A model generated the notes under the pieces. The model was not told the DNA's origin. It worked only from the letters and a program-made list of their open reading frames with translations, and searched no databases. From IMG/VR virus record IMGVR_UViG_2541047432_000023: DNA of 6,924 bases; one strand, 5' to 3'. The position numbers and the translations under genes were made by a program. This DNA comes from a virus (Duplodnaviria > Heunggongvirae > Uroviricota > Caudoviricetes). Positions 1-5,894 of the stretch are shown piece by piece; within the stretch, counting starts at the first letter, position 1; every line of letters starts with the position of its first letter.

Positions 1-204
1 ACAATGCCGCAGACCAGAGCGCCATCAGTCAGTACCAACATTATCCTGCTGGTGAAATCCATCATCACCATCACTAAAAGCAGGATCACAACAGCAAGCA
101 GACACAGTTTATAAAACAATGTTCAGGAAACGCATTCAGCATGCCTAAGGTTCTATTCCTACGAATAGCCAACTTGCAACTTAAAATATTATTTATGCAG
201 CCAA

Positions 205-963
205 TTAAATTCTGGTCCTTACAATATCAACCTGAAGATTCTTATCTTGTGCTGATTGATAAATGACAAACCTTTTACTACCTGCATTGAAAGAAGTAGA
301 CAAAACCAGACAATTATCATAACGAGCAAGAACATAATACCAACCATCATTATAATTAATCATTTCATATTCTTTCTTAAACTGTGGTTTGTAATATCCT
401 GTCAGAAATGAAAAAAGCCAGAAATATGCCACAAAAGCAATCATCACAATCTCAAAAAAATGTTTTTTTATAAATGGCTTATCATAGAAGCATGATACCG
501 ATAAAAATCGCCCATAAGATCTTATCGAAATTGTGACCGCCAGCGCAATCGCTGCTGACAGTAGCAAAAGAGGTACCTGAATCTTCTGTCTCAATATAGA
601 AAACTCAATAATTGCCGGCACAAACAATAATTCCACAGCAAAATAAAGGCGAAATACATTTAGCTCTTGCATAGAATGTTTTCTTTTCACTGCGAAAAAG
701 AATACAACACCAATACCCCAACCGATAAGAAATATAGCAATGACGATAACTGCAAAAAATAAACTTCTGGCAACATCATCAACACCTGCACCTACAATCC
801 ACCATGGGAAGCCGTAGTAAAAAGAAGTACCCCATCCATAGAAATAAGCACTCCCCCATCCAAGGCATCCCATGTAGGCAATAAAAAGTGAAGAACTCCT
901 GAGCAGCGCACCATCCTTCATAACCACCCCAATACAAGATGATAACATTGGCTTACAACTCAT
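205..963 (-). CDS. uncharacterised polytopic inner-membrane protein (about 5 predicted TM helices plus ~60 aa hydrophilic C-terminal tail); cargo gene downstream of Q
   Basis: ORF track, 252 aa. By eye there are about five hydrophobic helices (e.g. LFFAVIVIAIFLIGWGIGVVFFFAV, VPLLLLSAAIALAVTISI, FFEIVMIAFVAYFWLFSFLTGYY) followed by a polar tail (KPQFKKEYEMINYNDGWYYVLARYDNCLVLSTSFNAGSKRFVIYQSAQ...). The gene is visibly AT-rich compared with the flanking phage genes. I recognise no family. The start is uncertain: in-frame ATGs at 963, 921 and 873, none with a clean Shine-Dalgarno. Stop TAA at 205-207. Confidence 0.55.
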   Translation of the reverse strand: MSCKPMLSSCIGVVMKDGALLRSSSLFIAYMGCLGWGSAYFYGWGTSFYYGFPWWIVGAGVDDVARSLFFAVIVIAIFLIGWGIGVVFFFAVKRKHSMQELNVFRLYFAVELLFVPAIIEFSILRQKIQVPLLLLSAAIALAVTISIRSYGRFLSVSCFYDKPFIKKHFFEIVMIAFVAYFWLFSFLTGYYKPQFKKEYEMINYNDGWYYVLARYDNCLVLSTSFNAGSKRFVIYQSAQDKNLQVDIVRTRI

Positions 964-1057
964 AACAAAAGCAATTCAATGCCGTCAAGAGGTTACAGGC
1001 TAAAAAAACTCTATTACATAGCAGCCAGCATGTTTACCGTACAAGTACAACTCAGGG

Positions 1058-1089
1058 CATAAAAAAACCCACTCGGCAGCGGGTTTATA
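1058..1089 (-). terminator. candidate intrinsic terminator about 45 bp downstream of the Q-like gene (tR'-like)
   Basis: The minus-strand RNA reads AAACCCGC-UGCCGA-GUGGGUUU followed by a U-run (plus-strand A7 at 1061-1067). The stem is GC-rich with one G-U wobble. On the plus strand the same position is an A-C mismatch, so the structure favours minus-strand transcription. Confidence 0.5.
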
Positions 1090-1119
1090 CATTTTTTACA
1101 ACATACCAAATTTGCATGA

Positions 1120-1148
1120 AGTATATGGCTTTTAATCCAGTTTTGCAA
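1120..1148 (-). promoter_or_regulatory. candidate sigma70 promoter overlapping the 3' end of the Q-like gene (PR'-like late promoter)
   Basis: Minus strand: -35 TTGCAA (1143-1148), 17-nt spacer, -10 TATACT (1120-1125). With the terminator at 1058-1089 this predicts a short (about 50 nt) terminated leader, analogous in layout to lambda PR'/6S RNA/tR'. Hexamers identified by eye only. Confidence 0.3.
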
Positions 1149-1821
1149 TATTTTGCTGTAAAAATGCTGCCTTTTGTTTTGAACGTGTTCTCGTCACAAG
1201 CAATAAAGCATCACTATCAAGCTGTAGAAAAATGTGCTTCATTGCAACCCAGCGTTCAGTAAATGTCTCGGACCAGTTTTTTGTTGTCACTCCCACCAAT
1301 GATGCCAGTGTCTGGTATTCATAGGCCTCACGCCCTGCAAGTTCGCTCTTCACATCCTGTGCAGCCAGCCAGATTAACGTCTTCAGGCGATCCAGTGTCT
1401 TACCTGCAATTTTTCTGTTACTTAACAAATCTTTAAACTCGCTCCATGCCCATTGCGTTATGGTGACCTGATGCCCCCATCGAACGCTTTCGCTGTAACA
1501 CCAAAGCAACCATGCTTTCTGATGTTCATCGAGAGACAAAACCGCGCGGCGCCATGAAGAGGTTGAGAATTCAACCGGGCTGACCAAAGCAATGGATGAA
1601 CCTTTTGCGTACGACTGCTTACCGGAAGTCGGCGTATTATCCAGCGTAATCATCTTGCCAGTTACCACATCCAGAATGCGCGGCTTCTTTCGTTTGTATG
1701 TACCAGTATCAAATTGTGCATGCTCCAGCCAGGCTTCAAGCTGTCCTTTCGTTGCTCCGCTCAAATCAGCGGTAGCCACAATGAGTTGCTCGCGGACATA
1801 CTGTAAATATTGGGTATTCAT
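1132..1821 (-). CDS. putative late-gene antitermination protein (Q-like, non-lambda-Q type)
   Basis: ORF track, 229 aa. The ATG at 1821 overlaps the ylcG stop (ATGA). It sits directly after rusA-ylcG, where lambdoid phages carry Q, and a promoter-plus-terminator pair lies just downstream. The protein has a single Cys, so it cannot carry the Cys-rich zinc motif of lambda Q. Family assignment is by position and recall, not a search. Confidence 0.55.
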   Translation of the reverse strand: MNTQYLQYVREQLIVATADLSGATKGQLEAWLEHAQFDTGTYKRKKPRILDVVTGKMITLDNTPTSGKQSYAKGSSIALVSPVEFSTSSWRRAVLSLDEHQKAWLLWCYSESVRWGHQVTITQWAWSEFKDLLSNRKIAGKTLDRLKTLIWLAAQDVKSELAGREAYEYQTLASLVGVTTKNWSETFTERWVAMKHIFLQLDSDALLLVTRTRSKQKAAFLQQNIAKLD

Positions 1822-1958
1822 GCGGCAGCTCCTTTCAGTGTTTTGGCGTAATTCTTCAGTATCCGGTAATCGGTCAAAACAGAACCAGGAAAACGATATA
1901 AGCGCAGGCGCATCCAGCGGTGGCGAAGACGTTCTGCCATATAAGACTCAAACATCAT
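1818..1958 (-). CDS. ylcG: small YlcG-like phage protein (46 aa)
   Basis: Hand translation of the minus strand gives [46 protein letters not shown]. It is below the ORF-track size cutoff. Its start overlaps the rusA stop (ATGA) and its stop overlaps the Q-like start (ATGA). It resembles the DLP12 YlcG I recall from E. coli K-12. The N-terminal start could instead be the ATG at 1940. Confidence 0.6.
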
Positions 1959-2317
1959 TCATTCCCCAGTTCGGTGATGGTCAGCTCCAGCTTCCCACCT
2001 TTGGTAACGGGCATCTTCACAACACGGTAATCAACGACCTGAGCATCATCCAGCCAGAAACCTGCTTTGGTGAGTGCGTCAAAAGCGGCTTTTTGCAGAT
2101 TATCCAGGTCACGGCGACGGCGATCCGGCATGTGGCACTCAATACGGATTTTCACTGGCATAGCCAGGCCGATATCCAGCATGGAGCCTTTGATGATTCG
2201 GGCGACGTTATCACGGTATGCCTGCCCTTCTGCGCTGATGTGCGTGCGCCCGCGATTATGCCGGTAGTAGCGATTATTGCTCGGAGGCCAGGGTAATGTG
2301 ATGCTGTAGGTATTCAC
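1955..2317 (-). CDS. rusA: crossover junction endodeoxyribonuclease RusA (Holliday junction resolvase)
   Basis: ORF track, 120 aa ([24 protein letters not shown]...[41 protein letters not shown]...). This is near-identical to my recollection of E. coli RusA. GTG start at 2317 overlapping the ybcO stop (GTGA). Confidence 0.93.
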
Positions 2318-2604
2318 GCCTTAATAACCCCCTCTTTCAGCCAGATAACCTGTGTTCTCGCCATACCTTCCAGCGCGCATTCTTTTGCATATGCAGCATC
2401 GACAAAATGTGTGCGGCGGTCGATTTCGTCGTGGCAGGCAGAACATGCAATGGTGGCAATCAAGTCTGGCGGTTTGGTACCGGTGCCGCACAATCCAGTC
2501 AGCCGGATATGTGCCAGTACAGACGTTTCAGGGTTGCCATTACATACGCCAGGGATTCTTACTTGGCATTCCCGACTACGCGCTGCTTTTCTCAAATCAG
2601 CCAT
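2314..2604 (-). CDS. ybcO: YbcO-like Cys/His-rich protein (DUF1364-type putative nuclease)
   Basis: The ORF-track frame 2314..2643 is trimmed to the internal ATG at 2604 ([26 protein letters not shown]...CSACHDEID...), giving 96 aa. That ATG is preceded by GGAGGA and overlaps the ninE stop (ATGGCTGA). Multiple Cys/His residues suggest a metal site. Confidence 0.8.
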
Positions 2605-2767
2605 GATTCCTCCTTGCTGCCAGTCGCAACCATTTTTTATCAACCAGGCTGGCGGTATATCCGAGCAGTGTTGGTATTTCGGATGGCTTCAGCTCAGGTT
2701 TACGCTTACGACGATTTGGTACTTTGTAGATGTGTCCGTTCATGACACGAATAAGCGGTGTAGCCAT
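2597..2767 (-). CDS. ninE: NinE family protein (56 aa)
   Basis: Hand translation of the minus strand gives [56 protein letters not shown]. It is below the ORF-track cutoff. Its ATG overlaps the ybcN stop (TAATG) and its stop overlaps the ybcO start. Matches the NinE of DLP12/lambda nin region as I recall it. Confidence 0.75.
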   Translation of the reverse strand: MATPLIRVMNGHIYKVPNRRKRKPELKPSEIPTLLGYTASLVDKKWLRLAARRNHG

Positions 2768-3222
2768 TACGCCTCCTGCTTGTCACGCAGCAGCTGGAAC
2801 TCGCAGCTCTGTGGAATAGTCAGGTGGCAGCCAATATTCATCGCCCAGGCTTCAACCTTACACAGGAAGACATACATCTCTCCGGTACCAAGATCGGAGG
2901 TATGGCGTAACGACTGGATAGTAGTGATTTCGCCGGTTACGACATCAACCAGGTCCTTGGTTTCATAACCGAGGTATGTGTGTTTGAGAGCATCTTTTAC
3001 CCATGCTGAAGTAGCGAACGATTTCCCCCTGCTGATGAGGTATTCACTGATTTCGCTGTACCACATGTGGCTGAGTGCATTCTGGGAAAGACTGCGTCTC
3101 TCGCGCCACGGTTTAAGCACCATGCGAAAGCATTTGCCGTCTTCCAGATAAGTCTGGATCTGCTGACCGACAGCGGTGAAGTTACCGCGATGTAATTTGA
3201 TGCCATCTTGTGGGAGGTTCAC
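2767..3222 (-). CDS. ybcN: YbcN / NinB-like protein (DNA base-flipping protein family)
   Basis: ORF track, 151 aa ([15 protein letters not shown]...[16 protein letters not shown]...). Matches my recollection of E. coli DLP12 YbcN. GTG start at 3222 preceded by GGAGGTG. Confidence 0.85.
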   Translation of the reverse strand: MNLPQDGIKLHRGNFTAVGQQIQTYLEDGKCFRMVLKPWRERRSLSQNALSHMWYSEISEYLISRGKSFATSAWVKDALKHTYLGYETKDLVDVVTGEITTIQSLRHTSDLGTGEMYVFLCKVEAWAMNIGCHLTIPQSCEFQLLRDKQEA

Positions 3223-3312
3223 GCTTCACCTCCGCAGAGATCAAACGCTGGATGCAAGACATCGCAGGTGCATTTCTGCATCTGTGACAAGGTAAGGAGT
3301 TCAGATTGTGGT

Positions 3313-3336
3313 CGCATTTAAGTCCCCTTAAATGCG
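3313..3336. repeat. perfect 10-bp inverted repeat (CGCATTTAAG-tccc-CTTAAATGCG), stem-loop B
   Basis: Read directly from the sequence. Arms at 3313-3322 and 3327-3336 are exact reverse complements with a 4-nt loop. No flanking U-tract. Confidence 0.6.
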
Positions 3337-3341
3337 CAGAA

Positions 3342-3370
3342 GTCACCGGAGTTGTTCAAGCTCCGGTGAC
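3342..3370 (-). terminator. perfect 10-bp GC-rich inverted repeat (GTCACCGGAG-9 nt-CTCCGGTGAC), stem-loop A; candidate tR2-like terminator or operator
   Basis: Arms at 3342-3351 and 3361-3370 are exact reverse complements. On the minus-strand RNA the hairpin is followed by UUCUGCGCAUUU, only a partial U-tract. It lies between the island and ybcN, where lambda carries tR2 (position from memory). Confidence 0.3.
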
Positions 3371-3412
3371 ATTATTATGGAAGGTTGATACTAAAAAATC
3401 AAAAATTGAATA

Positions 3413-3604
3413 TCATTGGCGATAGTCTAGCTTGTGATATCCACAAGCTACTTCAATGAAGCGACGAGTAACATTTTGTGTCATCCATGTTTTTTCAGTT
3501 AAGTGCCACACCCAGTTCAAAATTTGCTGATGTGTTGAACATGTACTAAGCGGGATGTTGTATTCATAAGCAACATTGATTCCGCAAAATCGGTGTCGTG
3601 TCAT
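3413..3604 (-). CDS. hypothetical small protein (63 aa), doubtful
   Basis: ORF track only (MTRHRFCGINVAYEYNIPLSTCSTHQQILNWVWHLTEK...). No convincing Shine-Dalgarno upstream of the ATG at 3604 and no recognised family. It occupies the gap between ybcK and the tandem hairpins. Confidence 0.2.
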   Translation of the reverse strand: MTRHRFCGINVAYEYNIPLSTCSTHQQILNWVWHLTEKTWMTQNVTRRFIEVACGYHKLDYRQ

Positions 3605-3723
3605 GACCGATTCACGTTGACCTGCGCCCTGTTGAGTGCCTGGGGATATTCTTGCTCGATAGTTAATATCATAGTAGTTACTTTACTTTCATACCATAGC
3701 ACGGTTGAAAAAGTGATTATTAC

Positions 3724-5250
3724 TCAAAAATAAACCTCACCATCAACCATATATTTGAGAGCACTTATCGCCTGCTGGGCGGATATTACTTTCATTAAAG
3801 GATAGTGTTTAAAAACAATGCCATTCATAAAATAGATATCACAGGTTTTATTATCCGTATTAATTATGATTTTTTCGAATATTTTATAGGCAAGTGTACG
3901 GCATAACTCTCGTCCATTTTTACTGGTTAAGTCAATAGCATAAAAATCACTGAATGAATTTACACCTTTACTCTTCAAAGTTTTCAATGATACCAAAGCT
4001 CTTCGTAATTCCTTATCTAATAGTCTTATTTTCTCTGCTATAGCGGTAACTTCAGGCGCGACAGACAATGCAACGATTAAATTATTAATTTTCATCTGAA
4101 GCTCAATAATTTTTAACTCTAAAGTTTCATTAGCATCTTTCTTGTTTTCAACTGGTTGAATTTTGCTACAATTAAAAAGCAATTCATTAATGATATTATA
4201 ATCAACCAAATCTCTCTTTATTGATGGCCTGTCACATCGATGTAATCTTCTCATCGGACAAACATAATAGCCATGCAAACTTCCAGATACCGCATGAACA
4301 ATCATGGTATTACCACAAGCCTCACACTTCATAACTGTTCGAAGTAGATTTATTAGCATAGGATTCTTGCTACTATTGCTAATACCAAAAGGTGCCAACC
4401 GAATTTCCTGTACAGCGTAAAACAAATCATCTGATATGACTCTGGGATAATAGCCAGCGATTTCACTTATCCCTTTCCCTCTTGCACGATATGAAGGTAC
4501 GCATATACCTATCAGAGCTTTATTCGCTAATAATTTTTCAATTACAGAAGGCCCCCATGCACTTTCTTTTCCTGAGAAATTCTTTACAGCATGATCATTT
4601 AAATACTTGGCTATTGCATTCAATGAGCGCCTTTCCATCCTGAGTTTAAAAATTAGCTCAATAGTTTTCACCCTGTCGGGGTCTGGAACAAAAGCCGTTC
4701 TTTTGTCATCTAAGGAGAGCCATCTCGGACAAGACGCCGTCATAATCGTACCTGATTCCAGTGCATCCTGCCGTTTTTTCTTCCATGATAATTTAACCCG
4801 ACTTGACTTTATCTCGCTTTCTTCATTTGCCCTTTGTGCTATAAGTATGGCTTTTATTAATGAATATGGCTCATTCAAAGAGTCAATATTATAGACTGTA
4901 TTGTCGCAAAGAGTTATAACATCAATACCGTGATTCAAAATCAATTTCAGACGTTCAATCGCTTCACCGACTTTTTCTCTTGAAAGTCTGTCCAGACTTT
5001 CAACTAACAATGTAGTTCCTGGCAATATATAACCATGCTCTATAGCATCTAAAAATTCCGAAAAAGCTCCTGATTGTGCATGCTTTCCTTTGAATGCACT
5101 TAATCCTAAATCTTCATATGTTATGGTATCAAGATAATAATCACTATTTACCTTTAACCATTCAGCAATAAGTCTTCTCTGTCGGTTTAATGAGTCGCCA
5201 GACATCTGACCTGGTGATGAAAATCGCATATATGCTATGGCTTTTTTCAT
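3724..5250 (-). CDS. ybcK: large serine recombinase (resolvase/invertase catalytic domain + recombinase domain + zinc ribbon), YbcK-like
   Basis: ORF track, 508 aa. N-terminal serine-recombinase motifs: AIAYMRFSSPGQ (catalytic Ser region), SLNRQ and ESLDRLSRE. Cys-rich zinc ribbon further on (CEACGNTMIVHAVSGSLHGYYVCPMRRLHRCD). Coiled-coil-like C-terminal region. SD AGGTG 6 nt before the ATG at 5250. Strongly AT-rich. Resembles DLP12 YbcK as I recall it. Confidence 0.85.
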   Translation of the reverse strand: MKKAIAYMRFSSPGQMSGDSLNRQRRLIAEWLKVNSDYYLDTITYEDLGLSAFKGKHAQSGAFSEFLDAIEHGYILPGTTLLVESLDRLSREKVGEAIERLKLILNHGIDVITLCDNTVYNIDSLNEPYSLIKAILIAQRANEESEIKSSRVKLSWKKKRQDALESGTIMTASCPRWLSLDDKRTAFVPDPDRVKTIELIFKLRMERRSLNAIAKYLNDHAVKNFSGKESAWGPSVIEKLLANKALIGICVPSYRARGKGISEIAGYYPRVISDDLFYAVQEIRLAPFGISNSSKNPMLINLLRTVMKCEACGNTMIVHAVSGSLHGYYVCPMRRLHRCDRPSIKRDLVDYNIINELLFNCSKIQPVENKKDANETLELKIIELQMKINNLIVALSVAPEVTAIAEKIRLLDKELRRALVSLKTLKSKGVNSFSDFYAIDLTSKNGRELCRTLAYKIFEKIIINTDNKTCDIYFMNGIVFKHYPLMKVISAQQAISALKYMVDGEVYF

Positions 5251-5494
5251 GGTGACACCTGCTAACTTATGCTTTTATAAACCTTAGTGGTGAGATATAA
5301 TTTTTGTTTAATTTTTATTTAAAAAGACAATTACGATCACACTATCTTGAATATACAACAATAATCGTATTGCAATTTGCTTACGCAATAATCTTGAAGG
5401 CACAAAAGAATACACAAAAACTAAAAACATTAACAAAAGCGGCCCATGTAAAGATATGAACCGCCATATTGCAGTCTTTTAAAAGAAATTATTT

Positions 5495-5827
5495 TTAATG
5501 TGGTGTGCTTCGTGACAATAAATTAATAACCAACACACCGGCACAAATCAACATCATGCCTATAACGGCTGGCAGGTCCAGCCGTTGGCCGAAAAACCCC
5601 CATGATAGTAAGCTAATCAGGACAATACCGACTCCTGACCAGATAGCATAAGCAATCCCTGTAGGAATATAAGCCAGCGTCTGAGCTAATAACCAGAATG
5701 ATGCACAATAACAAATAATTGTACCAACAGATGGCCATAACCGTGTAAAACCTTCTGAAAACTTCATTAAGGTTGTACCAATGACCTCTGCAAGTATTGC
5801 ACCACCAAGATAAATATAAGGGTTCAT
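5495..5827 (-). CDS. emrE: small multidrug resistance (SMR) family efflux transporter EmrE
   Basis: The ORF-track frame 5495..5881 contains MNPYIYLGGAILAEVIGTTLMKFSEGFTRLWPSVGTIICYCASFWLLAQTLAYIPTGIAYAIWSGVGIVLISLLSWGFFGQRLDLPAVIGMMLICAGVLVINLLSRSTPH, 110 aa from the internal ATG at 5827. That ATG is preceded by AGGAAAG. Near-identical to my recollection of E. coli EmrE, which is known to lie in the DLP12 prophage. Confidence 0.93.
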   Translation of the reverse strand: MNPYIYLGGAILAEVIGTTLMKFSEGFTRLWPSVGTIICYCASFWLLAQTLAYIPTGIAYAIWSGVGIVLISLLSWGFFGQRLDLPAVIGMMLICAGVLVINLLSRSTPH

Positions 5828-5842
5828 AACATATTCTTTCCT

Positions 5843-5877
5843 GTTCAAACTGGAGAGAATTGTACTACAGTTTGAAC
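5843..5877. promoter_or_regulatory. perfect 10-bp inverted repeat (GTTCAAACTG-15 nt-CAGTTTGAAC) just upstream of emrE; candidate operator or 5'-UTR structure
   Basis: Read directly from the sequence. Arms at 5843-5852 and 5868-5877 are exact reverse complements. It lies in the 67-bp gap between the ren stop and the emrE start. Confidence 0.4.
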
Positions 5878-5894
5878 TCAACTCACCTGTTTCA

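Larger units (their letters stand above)
3372..5894. other. AT-rich cargo island (emrE + ybcK serine recombinase, with a 63-aa ORF) inserted between ren and the nin genes; boundaries approximate
   Basis: Visibly lower GC than the flanking P/ren and ybcN-rusA genes. The content (efflux pump, recombinase) is unrelated to phage replication or recombination. The left edge coincides with a divergent Ren C-terminus and a 10-bp inverted repeat; the right edge with the tandem palindromes at 3313-3370. Confidence 0.45.

Noticed and set aside
154-169. 6-bp inverted repeat CTATTC-ctac-GAATAG downstream of the membrane protein gene
   Set aside because: Short, AT-rich, no U-tract on either strand; not distinguishable from chance.
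960-988. Possible sigma70 promoter for the membrane protein gene (-35 TTGACG at 983-988, weak -10 near 959-965)
   Set aside because: The -10 match is poor and overlaps the first candidate start codon; too weak to annotate, though it is why the true start may be the ATG at 921 or 873.
1592-2296. 234-aa plus-strand ORF
   Set aside because: Lies entirely antisense to the well-supported Q-like, ylcG and rusA genes; no start context and no recognisable product; treated as a shadow ORF.
2605-2643. 13-codon N-terminal extension of ybcO (MIKNGCDWQQGGI)
   Set aside because: The ATG at 2604 has a GGAGGA Shine-Dalgarno and overlaps the ninE stop, matching the 96-aa YbcO; the longer frame would overlap ninE coding sequence.
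2352-2968. Plus-strand ORFs of 84, 112 and 185 aa (2352..2606, 2407..2745, 2411..2968) and the 66-aa ORF at 2067..2267
   Set aside because: All antisense to ybcO/ninE/ybcN or rusA, which have strong homology support; low-complexity, Arg/Cys-rich translations typical of out-of-frame reading.
2997-3206. 69-aa minus-strand ORF
   Set aside because: Alternate frame inside ybcN; no support.
4607-4894. 95-aa plus-strand ORF inside ybcK
   Set aside because: Antisense to the serine recombinase gene; no independent support.
5251-5494. Weak hairpin (GCGG...CCGC, about 18-nt loop) and short AT-rich inverted repeats in the emrE-ybcK intergenic region
   Set aside because: 4-bp stem with an oversized loop and no proper U-tract; short AT-rich repeats are expected by chance in AT-rich DNA.
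5828-5881. 18-codon N-terminal extension of the emrE ORF (MSSNCSTILSSLNRKEYV)
   Set aside because: Canonical EmrE starts at MNPYIYLGG with a good RBS (AGGAAAG) before the internal ATG at 5827; the extension overlaps the 10-bp inverted repeat and is likely untranslated.
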